A stretch of DNA of 64,000 nt from Nitrospinales bacterium (GTDB lineage: Bacteria > Nitrospinota > Nitrospinia > Nitrospinales > VA-1). Of the stretch, positions 1-10,432 are shown piece by piece. The first letter of the stretch is position 1; each line of letters starts with the position of its first letter. The stretch is from the NCBI GenBank assembly GCA_965223795.1, contig CBDCXL010000002.1, forward strand, positions 1,536,001-1,600,000, given 5' to 3'. A program made the position numbers and the translations under genes. A model generated the notes under the pieces. That model had not been told where the DNA came from, did not search any database, and saw only the letters and a list, made by a program, of their open reading frames with translations.

Positions 1-408
1 GCAAATCCGGATACCGGGAAATCGCTGCAACAGATTTTTCGATAGTTTGTCGAGGGTCGCCGGCGTGCTGCCATACAGATAAATTTCAATGCCTTCCTTT
101 GCGGCCCGGGCGCAGACCCATTCGGTCAGATCCGGACCGTAGACACGGTCTTTGAGCCCGGCGCCATGCAGCAGATTCATCGCCCAGCGAACGGGCTGCC
201 CGTCGGGTGTGACCATGTCGATTGCGTTCACCGCTTTGCGCAGATCCGAATCCGCAACGGACTCCATCAAACCATGCGTCGCCAGGGCGGACACAGCATA
301 GGATCGATGTTCTTTAGCGGCGGAAATGATTCGCTCGCACGCCCCAGAATAATCCACCACGGACAACCCAACGCCGAAGACATTGATTTTTTTTATTTCC
401 TCCCTCAC
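1..408 (-). CDS. WecB/TagA/CpsF family glycosyltransferase (runs off window start)
   Basis: Manual translation gives [13 protein letters not shown]...[13 protein letters not shown]...DRVYGPDL...IYLYGS, the PDG and RVxGxDL motifs. The GTG start overlaps the epimerase stop; an alternative ATG lies at 420. Confidence 0.9.
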   Translation of the reverse strand, partial: MREEIKKINVFGVGLSVVDYSGACERIISAAKEHRSYAVSALATHGLMESVADSDLRKAVNAIDMVTPDGQPVRWAMNLLHGAGLKDRVYGPDLTEWVCARAAKEGIEIYLYGSTPATLDKLSKNLLQRFPGIRIC

Positions 409-1475
409 GCCGCTTCCCATCGATATACGTTCTTTGTCAAGATATCCATGAGGATCGACTCGATATCGTGCTTTTGCTTCCAGCCGGGATAATGATTTTT
501 GAATTTACGCATGTCGCTGACCCACCAGATATGGTCGCCGATCCGGTTCGTATCCGAGTATTTCCAGTCCAAAGTTTGGCCGGCGATCTTTTCGCACAGG
601 GCGATCGCTTCGAGCATGGAACAGTTACTGAATCGCCCGCCGCCGACATTGTAGACTTCACCGATTCGGGGACTCCGGTAGAACTCATCGAATGCGAAAA
701 TGAGGTCCTCGCTGTGAATATTGTCGCGCACCTGCTTGGCCTTGTAGCCAAACACGGTGTATTGCGTCTGCGTGACGGTGCACTTCATCAAGTAGGACAA
801 GAATCCGTGCAGCATCGCACCGGAATGATCCGGGCCCGTCAGGCAGCCGCCTCGAAAAGAAGCGGTTTTAATGCCAAAATAACGCCCGTACTCCTGCACC
901 ATGACATCCGCCGCCAGTTTCGACGCGCCAAAAAGGCTGTGCTTGGAATCATCGATGCTCATTGTTTCATCGATGCCATGCTCAAAATAAGAATGCGTCC
1001 CGGCGATTTCCCACCGGCTCTCCTCTTCGACCAGGGGCAGCATGTTGGGCCTGTCTCCGTACACCTTGTTCGTGGAGGTGAATATAAAAACAGCGTCCGG
1101 ACAGTGTCGGCGCACCGCTTCCAGCAGCACCAGCGTGCCATTGGCATTGACGGAAAAATCCAGAACCGGATCCCTGGCCGCCCAGTCGTGGGACGGCTGC
1201 GCGGCGGTGTGAATCACCAGCGAGATGTCCGAACTGTATTTTGCAAATAAACGCTCCACCGCAATGGCATCGCGGATATCGATATCGTGGTGTTTATAAT
1301 TTTCAATTTCCTGTTTTAATTGAGCCACCGCCCAACTTGTGGACGCCTCATCTCCGAAAAAATGGGCTCGCATATCGTTGTCGATTCCGACCACGAGATC
1401 CGCTTTTGCGGAAAAATAGCGGACGGCCTCAGAACCGACCAGCCCTCCCGAACCGGTCACAAGGATGATATTCAT
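405..1475 (-). CDS. NAD-dependent epimerase/dehydratase (CDP-paratose 2-epimerase-like)
   Basis: GSGGLVG Rossmann motif, STNKVYG, FGASK and GKQVRD-like AKQVRDN; extended SDR family. Confidence 0.9.
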   Translation of the reverse strand: MNIILVTGSGGLVGSEAVRYFSAKADLVVGIDNDMRAHFFGDEASTSWAVAQLKQEIENYKHHDIDIRDAIAVERLFAKYSSDISLVIHTAAQPSHDWAARDPVLDFSVNANGTLVLLEAVRRHCPDAVFIFTSTNKVYGDRPNMLPLVEEESRWEIAGTHSYFEHGIDETMSIDDSKHSLFGASKLAADVMVQEYGRYFGIKTASFRGGCLTGPDHSGAMLHGFLSYLMKCTVTQTQYTVFGYKAKQVRDNIHSEDLIFAFDEFYRSPRIGEVYNVGGGRFSNCSMLEAIALCEKIAGQTLDWKYSDTNRIGDHIWWVSDMRKFKNHYPGWKQKHDIESILMDILTKNVYRWEAA

Positions 1476-1640
1476 TTATCTTTCGATCCTATTCCGTTGA
1501 AAATTGGCACATAAAAGTAAGTTGTCCGCATCGAACTCTGCGCCCAAACTCCATTGACCCGACAAAACAAATTGTTCTTGAATCCGTCGATGCTCCGGCA
1601 GAGCGCTTCCAATTCACGGAAATAAAAACCGCAGCCTTTT

Positions 1641-3164
1641 TCAGTGCGCATTTTTTTGCAGGATCGCAGCCGGCACGGTTTTTATCAGAATGAGAGCGTC
1701 GAACAAGAGCGACCAGTTTTCGATGTAATAGATATCGTGCTCGAACCGGCCGCGCATCTTTTCCCGCGTTTCCGTTTCTCCGCGGAAACCATTGACCTGC
1801 GCCCAGCCCGTCATTCCCGGCTTGACCCGGTGTCTTGCGAAATAACCTCCGATGACCCTGGAGAACTCATTGTCCAGAGCCAACGGGTGCGGGCGCGGAC
1901 CCACAAGAGACATGGTCCCGCTGAGAACGTTGAACAACTGCGGGAGTTCATCCAGGCTCGTCCGCCTGAGAAACTTGCCAAGCGGCGTCACGCGGGGATC
2001 ATCCTGCCGGGCCTGCACGAATTCCTTTTCGGAAGTGCAGTCGTGGCGCATCGTTCGAAATTTAAACACCGAAAACTGTTTGTAGTTGAATCCATTGCGT
2101 CTCTGTCGAAAGAACACAGGTCCTCTGCTTTCCAGCTTGATCGCCAAAGCGATCAACAGCATGAATGGCAGAAAAACAATCAGCAAGACGGTTCCCAGAA
2201 TTTTGTCTTCCATTCCTTTCAATACATATTTCCAGCCACTGAGCGGCTTGTTCACCACATCCACCATGGGGACGCCGCCGATGGAACTGTAGCTGGGATT
2301 CAGACGCAAAAATCCGGCCAGATCGGAACCAAGCCGGATGTCGATCGGCAACTCTTCGAGTTTCCGGACCACCTCGATGATGCGGTGCTCAGCAGTCCAG
2401 GGCAGGGTCAGAATGATGTCGTCCACACGTTTGATGCGAGCGTATTTCAGGAGGTCGTCCACATTGCCGAGAACGGGATACCCCATAAACTCATTTTGAA
2501 TGCGCTCCTTTCTGTCATCAAAAAAACCAACGATATCAATCCACGGCTCTTTCGATTCCTCCATATGCTCGATGTATTTTTTTGCCTGCTCACTGCAACC
2601 GACCAGGACGATCTTGCGGGTCAGACGCCCATCTCGGGCCCATCGCCAAAACAGCAAATGAAAAAGCTTTCTCTCCAGAAAAATCAGGCAGCCGGATGAC
2701 AGGAACCAGGAAAAGACCCAGATACGCGAGAATTCTTCGGAAATTTTCAGAGCGAAGGCCAGAGCCAGGAAAGCCAGAAACGTGATCGCCAGAATGCCCA
2801 GGGTTTTGTAAATCTGTCCCAGAATGGGTTTACATATGGAACTGAAATCGTAAAGTCCCGCCTGATAAAACGTCACAATCACCACTGCCGTGGGCGCAAC
2901 CATCGCTAAAAAGTAAAGCTCGTCCCTCCCTTCGACCCAACCGAGGTAGGACCAGTGGATGATTCCACTGGTTGCCAGCAAAATTAAAATGTCTGAGACA
3001 ACGACCAGGCTGCAGGCAAAATGCAGCGAGTAGGATTTATGCTCTGCCTGCTGATGCCGTTTGAGCTCGCCAAGGGAGAAATCAATGTCTTTCAGTTTTT
3101 TTTCAGATACGGGTGCGGGCTTCACCCTGTCTGCATTGGAAACAGAAGTCTTTTCGATGGTCAT
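1641..3164 (-). CDS. wcaJ: Undecaprenyl-phosphate glucose phosphotransferase (WcaJ/GumD-type priming glycosyltransferase)
   Basis: N-terminal TM helices, CoA-binding-like domain, [32 protein letters not shown] and YIENWSL. Confidence 0.9.
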   Translation of the reverse strand: MTIEKTSVSNADRVKPAPVSEKKLKDIDFSLGELKRHQQAEHKSYSLHFACSLVVVSDILILLATSGIIHWSYLGWVEGRDELYFLAMVAPTAVVIVTFYQAGLYDFSSICKPILGQIYKTLGILAITFLAFLALAFALKISEEFSRIWVFSWFLSSGCLIFLERKLFHLLFWRWARDGRLTRKIVLVGCSEQAKKYIEHMEESKEPWIDIVGFFDDRKERIQNEFMGYPVLGNVDDLLKYARIKRVDDIILTLPWTAEHRIIEVVRKLEELPIDIRLGSDLAGFLRLNPSYSSIGGVPMVDVVNKPLSGWKYVLKGMEDKILGTVLLIVFLPFMLLIALAIKLESRGPVFFRQRRNGFNYKQFSVFKFRTMRHDCTSEKEFVQARQDDPRVTPLGKFLRRTSLDELPQLFNVLSGTMSLVGPRPHPLALDNEFSRVIGGYFARHRVKPGMTGWAQVNGFRGETETREKMRGRFEHDIYYIENWSLLFDALILIKTVPAAILQKNAH

Positions 3165-4267
3165 CAGTAATTCTTTAGGAGTGGAAAATTTTTTTTCATA
3201 AGCGCATCACGTTTTTCACTCGGGATATCCCGATCCTGAATAATGGCGTTTCCCCAGAAAAAACATACCGCTGCAATGTCTTCTCGAGAATTCATCGATG
3301 GGCTGATCGATTTATCGGATTGACCAGAAAAATCAGAAGGTGAAGTAAACAATTGAAATGCAGCCCGATAGGGGCAGCATGAATGCAGAGATTCCGTACT
3401 TTTTAGTGGGTAAGTCCAGAAATCATTGTCAAAGTATTAAAAAAGTAAGTGTGTTTCTCCTACCTGCGAAATTGTTCTTTAGGTACAAATGTTTTTCAGC
3501 GGTTGTGCCTATTTTTAAAAGGATAATTTGGGGGCAATCTGTTGTCAATTTCATTATATTTTCATATTAATTTTACTGAATTTGTGCCGGTTTTGTATTT
3601 GCGACTGGAACAAAGGATTGCGTCGCGGATTTAATATTTCAATCTCCAAAGCCGACGAAGGCCAACCTACTCAAACGATTAGCCAACTATCTGCAGCGAG
3701 ACATTTTTCCAATTAGACAAAGGTGTGTTAATGGAGGAGTGACTATTTCTCAGTTGAATTCGATCCTTGCCCTTCCCCGCTTGTGGAAGGGCCACACTAA
3801 AAAATCGCCGCAATTCAACAGGCCTGTCAAAGCTTCCTGAATCTTTGAGTTTTGGAGCGATCCTTGCTCAGGGACGCAAGAGGAAGTTGGAGTTTAAAGA
3901 AGATAAAACTAAGTAAACGCGTGCATTTATTCTATTTCCAGAAACACCGTTTAAAGTTTATTCAGGGCTTATGAAGAAAAATTGAGTGGCACTGCTGATT
4001 TAAATTGTTCATTTCATTGACTCCGTTTTTTCGATACCTCGCATAAATTTTTTTCTTTATAATTTTATCTAAATTACTGGATAATTTAGGGCGGATTGAC
4101 TCACAAGCATAAGGAAACTTCCACAATGCTGTCTCAGTCCCAATTTTCATAGATCCTTAATGCATTCGTTGCTTTAACAGCCCCGGTTCACTCCAAATTT
4201 CAGCTTGAAATGAACCGCCCAAAACATCTTTTTTCACGCACTCATAACTTCCCCGTGGTCTGATTTT

Positions 4268-6964
4268 ATGGATGAAATTTCAACAGCAGAGTTCCTTGAA
4301 ATCATCAATAAGCGCAAATTGGTTATTTTTTCAATCACTCTGACTTTGGTTCTCCTGGTTATCATTTATGCGCTCAGCGTTGACCCCATTTATCAATCCA
4401 CAGTAAAAATTTTAATCGGCAGGGAAAAGCCCAAAGCTGTCAAATTTGACGATACCATCTCCCACGATCCCAACTTTAATGAATACTTGAATACTCAGAT
4501 TGGTTTGCTCAAGAGCAGGTCATTGGCAAGGGATGTCATTCAAAAGCTGAATTTGGAAAGTAAAAAAGAATTTAAGGTCAATCCATCCCGGTTCGACTGG
4601 AAGGTGGCAAGGAAATGGTTCCGGTCATTATCTGCATCCCCCGGCGCCAGTGCGTTGAGTGAAGAAACACAAACTTCAAACGATCCTTACACACCCATCA
4701 TCAATAATTTTTTAGATCGTTTGACCATTGAGCCTGTCACAGACAGTCAAATTGTTTACATTCGATTTGAAGGCCGCTCTCCGCAACTGATCACAAATAT
4801 CACAAACAATCTTGTGGAAACATTCATCACCAAAAACATCGAATCTCAAACTTCTATTGAATCCGACACAGAAAACTGGCTGAAGACTCGAGTCAAGGAA
4901 CTTCAGGAAAAGATAAGAGCTTCTGAAAAAATACTGCAGAACTATAAGGACAAAAAGAACTCGATTGATTTTGGCGAGAAAAGAGATTTTGCTGCTGACA
5001 ATTTAAACCTGCTGGTTAAAGAGCGCCTCCAGGTTCAGTCAGAGCGGTTGCGGCTGGAAGCCCAGTTGAAAGAATTAGAAAATTTAAGAAAAATCAAAAA
5101 CGATCCAATCAAAACCTTCCTGGCTCTTCCCCTCCAGGACAACACCAATCTTCTTGAATTGAGAAACACGTACCTGGAGTTGAGAAGTGAATTCAATTCT
5201 TCCCTGAAGAACAAAACGCCGCAGCACCCGGACACCATTGCCCTTTTGCAAAAGTTGAATGACTTAAAAAACCGCATTCCAAGTGAAGTGGATGTATTCT
5301 TCAACTCATTGAGAATTAACTATAAATCCAGCATGGCACGCGAGAAGAGCCTGGACAGGTCTTTGAAAAAGCAAAAATTCGATGTCATGAAATTGGATAA
5401 GGCCTCCATCGAATTCACCAACTTAAAACAGGAAGTGGATTCGGATAAAAACATGTACCAAGTACTATCTGAACGCCTGAAGGAATTAAACCTCTCATCC
5501 AATTTCAATGAAGTGAACATTCGTATTATCGACCGGGCGGAAGTCCCCTTCAAACCCATCAAGCCCAACGTCAATTTGTTTTTGTTTCTCGCAATGAGTT
5601 TGGGGTTGTTTTCAAGTGTCCCGATTATTTTTCTAATGGAATCCAGGGATAAAATTATAAAAAATGAAGAAGACATTGAGAAAAACTTCCCCAATACGTA
5701 CCTAGGAGCATTGAGACTTATTAAAAAGAAAGGTTTAAAACTGGCAGGAGGGAAGTTCAATTCAAAGAGAGTGGAAGAAATCCGGGAAGTGCTGTTCTCA
5801 TTTCTATCCAGAATCCTGACAAAATCCAATAAAATCATTCTGGTTACCAGCCCGACACATCAGGAAGGAAAAACCACGATCATCTCGGACTTGTCTATAT
5901 CTTTAGCGCAGATGGGAAAAAAGGTCGCTGTCCTCGATGCCGATTTTTCCAACCCTAAAATTCACAAGACCTTTAGAGTTCCCAACACTCCAGGACTGTT
6001 CGAGGGCTTGTCCGATCCCGCGCAGATCAAATCGATATTCCACAATACACAATACAATCGTGTCTGGGTCGTTCCCGTCGGAGAACCCGACATGAGTTCC
6101 TATATATCTTTCGATGTTTTGTTATCCAAGCACTTCCAGCCATTTTTAAATAAGCTGAAGAAGGTCATGGATGTTGTGCTGATCAAAGCCCCGCCGGTAT
6201 TGAGTGCTCTGGAGGCAAGCATTATTGAAAAATATTGTGATGGGATCCTTTTTGTCATTGAATCTGAACGGCATAAAGATCAGGTGATCTCACAGGCGAT
6301 TAAAAAACTAACGTCATCATCGATTGATTTAGAGAATCAATCGTCAAATCGCAATAAAGAATTGAGAAATGAATCACCGGCAAGTCCGTTCAGCAAAAAA
6401 CAAAAACCTCTCGGCATCATCCTCAATAAAGTAAAATTTAAAAGCAGGGAGCACTACAAGAAAGGCTACCAACATGCGAATGGAAATGGCAATGTTTCCG
6501 GCGATTCAAATCATAGTTTTTGGGACAAATGGCACATCGCAGGCATTCTGATGGCTGTTTTTGTGGTCATCTTTTCCCTCACCCCATCCTTTCCCCTGCA
6601 AAACGAATTTTTCGCGTCCCCTCTTGGTGATTTTTTAGTTCATTCAACCGGATACGGCTTACTGATGTTCTGCCTTTGTCAAATATGGCATCAACACAAG
6701 CATCAATTGGCAGCGGGTATGGCATTGGTATCCATTGGCTGTCTTTTGGAATATTTCCAGACCTTCATTGACGGCAGAAACTTCAATTTCCTGGATATTG
6801 GTGCCAATATAACTGGAATAAGCGTTGCTTACATTGTTTCCTACATTTTCAAAAGATTCTTATCGAAACCTCGCTCAAAAGTGGAAATCCATGACTACTT
6901 TTCCCAAGAGGTCCCTGAAATTGACAAGACCGCAACCCGCATGTTTCAAAAACAACGACTCTGA
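4268..6964 (+). CDS. Wzc/GumC-like polysaccharide co-polymerase with BY-kinase-like domain and C-terminal VanZ-like membrane domain
   Basis: Wzz N-terminus (PIYQSTVKIL), coiled coil, PIKP plus TM helix, Walker A SPTHQEGKTT, DAD motif, then a VanZ-like segment (D.LVH..GY, LEYFQTFIDGR..FLDIGAN..G). Confidence 0.85.
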   Translation: MDEISTAEFLEIINKRKLVIFSITLTLVLLVIIYALSVDPIYQSTVKILIGREKPKAVKFDDTISHDPNFNEYLNTQIGLLKSRSLARDVIQKLNLESKKEFKVNPSRFDWKVARKWFRSLSASPGASALSEETQTSNDPYTPIINNFLDRLTIEPVTDSQIVYIRFEGRSPQLITNITNNLVETFITKNIESQTSIESDTENWLKTRVKELQEKIRASEKILQNYKDKKNSIDFGEKRDFAADNLNLLVKERLQVQSERLRLEAQLKELENLRKIKNDPIKTFLALPLQDNTNLLELRNTYLELRSEFNSSLKNKTPQHPDTIALLQKLNDLKNRIPSEVDVFFNSLRINYKSSMAREKSLDRSLKKQKFDVMKLDKASIEFTNLKQEVDSDKNMYQVLSERLKELNLSSNFNEVNIRIIDRAEVPFKPIKPNVNLFLFLAMSLGLFSSVPIIFLMESRDKIIKNEEDIEKNFPNTYLGALRLIKKKGLKLAGGKFNSKRVEEIREVLFSFLSRILTKSNKIILVTSPTHQEGKTTIISDLSISLAQMGKKVAVLDADFSNPKIHKTFRVPNTPGLFEGLSDPAQIKSIFHNTQYNRVWVVPVGEPDMSSYISFDVLLSKHFQPFLNKLKKVMDVVLIKAPPVLSALEASIIEKYCDGILFVIESERHKDQVISQAIKKLTSSSIDLENQSSNRNKELRNESPASPFSKKQKPLGIILNKVKFKSREHYKKGYQHANGNGNVSGDSNHSFWDKWHIAGILMAVFVVIFSLTPSFPLQNEFFASPLGDFLVHSTGYGLLMFCLCQIWHQHKHQLAAGMALVSIGCLLEYFQTFIDGRNFNFLDIGANITGISVAYIVSYIFKRFLSKPRSKVEIHDYFSQEVPEIDKTATRMFQKQRL

Positions 6965-6991
6965 TGATCTTATTCCATAGTTATCGCCACA

Positions 6992-7372
6992 TCATTTATA
7001 ACCGAATATCTTCAGTCCCTTCTCGCTGAGTTCGCACTCAAACTGCCCAATCGCATCGATATTTTTCCGTAAGTCATCTATATTTTGAAATACATATTGA
7101 ACCGGTGCCTTGTCATAACGTTGATATCCGTGTTTCGCTGGAATCAACAACCACTCGATCCTGCGAAATTCAAAAGGACCGTTCAGCGCACCGCAATCTC
7201 CGACATAATCGTCACCCAACTGCTGATAGTCTGGAAGGTGCCCGGATAGAGGTTGTTCTTCATTTATGAGTTTCCAGGTGCACATGTTCAATTCAAGCGT
7301 GTCCTTGTTCACCGCTTTAAATAATTTTCGCCATTTAGAATTTGACATGCAGGGTCGTAAATTCCGGTTCAT
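6992..7372 (-). CDS. Hypothetical protein (MSNSKW-type, DUF6678-like)
   Basis: Clean 126-aa ORF with MSNSKWRKLF...GPFEFRRIEWL; the family assignment is tentative. Confidence 0.6.
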   Translation of the reverse strand: MNRNLRPCMSNSKWRKLFKAVNKDTLELNMCTWKLINEEQPLSGHLPDYQQLGDDYVGDCGALNGPFEFRRIEWLLIPAKHGYQRYDKAPVQYVFQNIDDLRKNIDAIGQFECELSEKGLKIFGYK

Positions 7373-7507
7373 CGTCTACTCTTTCCCAGCTGCATCAAAA
7401 GATAAAGAGAACTGCAACCGATCAAAGCCAGATCCATCGCCGCACGCCTGACCACGGATATTCATACAAGCTATACCGCGACAAGAGCGCTTTCTGATTC
7501 TGCATGT

Positions 7508-8185
7508 TTATTTTGACCAACCGCAGCCTTTGCTCACAGACTTCAAGACAGAATTTTCGATATCGCATTCTTTTTTGACGTAATTGCAGAAGTCTGCCAT
7601 GCTTCCTCTCAGGGCAAAATCGTATTGTCTGCCTTGAATGCCTTCAGCGATGATCCTCTGCGCCTCTTTACGGGCTCTTTCGATATGATTGAATCGTTTT
7701 GATGGCGTTGCAACCGTGTAGTAGTGCCAGAGGTATTCATTTGGCTTTGGATTTCTTTCTTTGAGGACGTTGAACTCCGTATCTTTTTTGACTGAAAAAA
7801 GATAACCCGTACGCATATGGCATTTCGGTTTTCCTGAAGCAGGACTGCCCGAGGCGGTTTCTTCCGCTTTTTCCGACGGGCCATCGCTTCCAGTTGGAGT
7901 GGATGAAGAGGCGGGTGTCCATTCGTCGAGGGAGCACATCAGGCAAGTCTGATTTCTGGGGTCGAACACGGTGATGACATCCCTGGATTTTCCGAGGTTC
8001 GCGCAAATTGCCTTTGCTTCGGCCTCCCGGTTTTTGCCACTGGAATCCGTCAAAGTCCCCACCCTCCAGTTGGAACAAGTGCCATCCAAAGAAAGCGCCT
8101 GGGCAATACTTCCACCGCTCAAGCAACCCATCCATACAATCGAAACACAGATCCATTTGCGAACAGTCATTGCAATTCTCAACAA
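7508..8185 (-). CDS. Secreted Cys-rich hypothetical protein (paralog of the C-terminal part of 8246..9538)
   Basis: Signal-peptide-like N-terminus; shares CSNW, CLxCSLDxWTP, KCHxxxGYLFS, TEFNVL and CGWxK with its neighbour. Confidence 0.75.
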   Translation of the reverse strand: MLRIAMTVRKWICVSIVWMGCLSGGSIAQALSLDGTCSNWRVGTLTDSSGKNREAEAKAICANLGKSRDVITVFDPRNQTCLMCSLDEWTPASSSTPTGSDGPSEKAEETASGSPASGKPKCHMRTGYLFSVKKDTEFNVLKERNPKPNEYLWHYYTVATPSKRFNHIERARKEAQRIIAEGIQGRQYDFALRGSMADFCNYVKKECDIENSVLKSVSKGCGWSK

Positions 8186-8245
8186 GATGATTGGATTTAA
8201 CGAACCGGCGTTCTCACTGCCGGGTTCATTCCTTTGGTATCAATG

Positions 8246-9538
8246 CTATTTCGTCCACCCACAGGCCTTTGCCGCCACCTTCACGGAAGACACCTTCATG
8301 TCGCATTGGCTCTCAATGAAATTACAAAAACCGTCCGGACCGCCTCGCCAGGCAAAAGTGTATTGCTTTCCGCGGGCGCCCTCTTTCACGATCCGCTTGG
8401 CTTCCTTGCGGGCTCGTTTGATTCTGCTTTCATAGTCGTAGTCCGGTGGATGCTTTTTATCGAACGGCAATCGCGTGCCCACCGTATAGAGGAACTCGAC
8501 ATAACCGTTTTTACCGGGATTTTTTGACTGCAAAACATTGAATTCCGTGCCCGCTTCTTTAGAAAAGAGATAACCCGAATACAAATGGCATTTTCTTTTA
8601 TCGGAAACACCATCCCCCGAAACCACCTTCCCCCCGCCCGCAGTACCGCCGGAAGTTCCACCACCGGATGTGTCAATGGGAGGAATTGGCGGAGGGGGCG
8701 GTGTCCAGTCGTCCAGAGAACATATCAAACAGTCCCTGGTTGCCGGGTCGATTTCTGTGTGGAAGTCACCGGATTCACCGGTCAGGGTGCAGGCTCTGCC
8801 GGTGTCCCTGGTGAGGATGTTTCCTTTACGATCCGAAAAACGCATCCTCATCCAGTTGGAACAACGCCCCCTGGAAGAACCACCCTGGGCGACCTTGCCG
8901 CCACCGGGTGAACTCCCTGGAGAGGAAACGCCTCCGGCCACTACAGGATCTTTGATTGTCGTTGTGGGTGTCTTTTTACCCGCGGGGACTTTTCCTCCTT
9001 CAGCGCCCCCAGGCACCTTCGAGGAAATTGGAGATTTGATTTTTCCACCCAGCACATGGTAGAGCGGCCCGGTTGGAAGGGCTCCATTGATGAGGCGCTT
9101 CACTTCTTCGTCGTGCATTCCAAAAGCCGCCTGCATCATCGCCCTGAATAATTGGCCCTGTTCCTCGGGCGTCCTCAATTCTTTAAGAGCGATGATTTGC
9201 TCAAGGCCCATTTGCACACAATCAAACGCGGCCCTGCGCCCGGGTTGGCCCTGAACGGCGTTTGCCAGCCGGCCCAATGCATGCCCCATCATTATCCAAC
9301 TCGTTACGTCTCCAAAAAGATGTTCTTCTCCACTGACACTTTTGCCGAAATATTCGGTGTGCAGGACCTTCTTAAATTCTCTAAAGACTTGCGAATCCTG
9401 TGGGGACGATGTGGGGCATAAATTGGCGTGGCTCAGGGATGAAGACAGGAAAAAAACGGCCCCTGAAAAGATAATTGCGGTGAGGACGGATTTTTTACAA
9501 TGCATTGTGAATCCCTTCCCGATCCAAAATAAAATCAA
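8246..9538 (-). CDS. Secreted Cys-rich multidomain hypothetical protein with Gly/Pro/Ser linkers
   Basis: Signal peptide (likely start MHCKKSVL), helical domain, Gly-rich linkers and two Cys domains shared with 7508..8185. Confidence 0.75.
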   Translation of the reverse strand: MILFWIGKGFTMHCKKSVLTAIIFSGAVFFLSSSLSHANLCPTSSPQDSQVFREFKKVLHTEYFGKSVSGEEHLFGDVTSWIMMGHALGRLANAVQGQPGRRAAFDCVQMGLEQIIALKELRTPEEQGQLFRAMMQAAFGMHDEEVKRLINGALPTGPLYHVLGGKIKSPISSKVPGGAEGGKVPAGKKTPTTTIKDPVVAGGVSSPGSSPGGGKVAQGGSSRGRCSNWMRMRFSDRKGNILTRDTGRACTLTGESGDFHTEIDPATRDCLICSLDDWTPPPPPIPPIDTSGGGTSGGTAGGGKVVSGDGVSDKRKCHLYSGYLFSKEAGTEFNVLQSKNPGKNGYVEFLYTVGTRLPFDKKHPPDYDYESRIKRARKEAKRIVKEGARGKQYTFAWRGGPDGFCNFIESQCDMKVSSVKVAAKACGWTK

Positions 9539-9682
9539 TGTCTGGCGGAGTGTTTTCTACTGTAACAAAATTTGATGCAAAATTTCCCCGCAATTCAGGG
9601 TAAATTTTAAAGAAAAAGAGTGAGACCTGACCATTAAGGTGAGAATGTGCAGCTTGAAAAACCCAACTCATTGATAAAGCAG

Positions 9683-9890
9683 TGACTTGTGGGGGCAGCG
9701 CTCCCCCTCGGGGCATAGTGAGTAAGGACGCTAAAGCCGGGTCGCAGCAACCACCCATCTCACCGGCGCACACCGGGTTTGCCGGAAACCTCTAAAGGAA
9801 TGGTTGATCTCGTGCTTCCGGACAGGGGTTGTGACTTGCCGTGACGGTTTCATCTCCCGGTCCTCTTTCGCCATGCCAGAAATGCAGGCC
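9683..9890 (+). mobile_element. Orphan structured non-coding element resembling an IS110-family non-coding end (bridge-RNA-like); no transposase follows
   Basis: A 5' hairpin (9691-9705) is followed by two stem/internal-loop/hairpin modules (9748-9806 and 9820-9863). GC-rich island in an AT-rich intergenic region. The family assignment is by recalled resemblance only. Confidence 0.45.
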
Positions 9891-10027
9891 CCATTATCCT
9901 GATTCCCATTAAATATAGAATTTTCATTCCGAAATCCAATAATGCGCTCCTTTGGCGCATTGCAATTTTGGTGATTCTACAAAAACTCCTTGACTCCAAA
10001 GCGGTTCTCTCCTAAATTTTCTGGATC

Positions 10028-10432
10028 ATGAAACATTCCATCAACGCGGCACTCTTTCTCTATTTGGCATTGGGCCTTTGGGTTTCCGGAGTCAGTGCGT
10101 CTCCATTTCATCACCACGATCACAAAAAACCCGATTCCGTGATGGTGAAAACCCAAACGAAAACCGCTTGCCCGATGGACCATCACCTGCTGGGGCTGCC
10201 GTGCCCGCATTCGCAAAAGCATAAGGACAAAAAGAAATGCATCATCACACGCGACTGCGGGGCTCATTCGGGATCGACGCCGGGTTCGGTCGATTTTTCC
10301 GAGTCGCTTTTCTTTGCTCCAGACCAGGCTGCTTTGACTTTGGCCGACCTGTCCCGAAAGGTTTATGGCCTGCCCTCAACCTACACATTTCGTTTCCCCT
10401 TCCAGTTGGACCACCCTCCTAAATCTCTCTGA
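10028..10432 (+). CDS. His/Cys-rich exported leader protein (DUF2946/CruR-like) upstream of TonB-dependent receptor
   Basis: Signal peptide, HHHDH, CPMDHH...CPH...C..C, and C-terminal LDHPPKSL; directly precedes the receptor gene. Confidence 0.6.
   Translation: MKHSINAALFLYLALGLWVSGVSASPFHHHDHKKPDSVMVKTQTKTACPMDHHLLGLPCPHSQKHKDKKKCIITRDCGAHSGSTPGSVDFSESLFFAPDQAALTLADLSRKVYGLPSTYTFRFPFQLDHPPKSL

Noticed and set aside
9725..9745. GGACGCTAAAGCC resembles the c-di-GMP-I riboswitch core GGGACGCAAAGCC
   Set aside because: The upstream GGCAAACC/GAAA stem is missing on this strand, and the wider fold fits a different architecture.
9952..9963. TGGCGCATTGC as a possible sigma-54 promoter
   Set aside because: The GG-to-GC spacing is 6 nt rather than the required 10.
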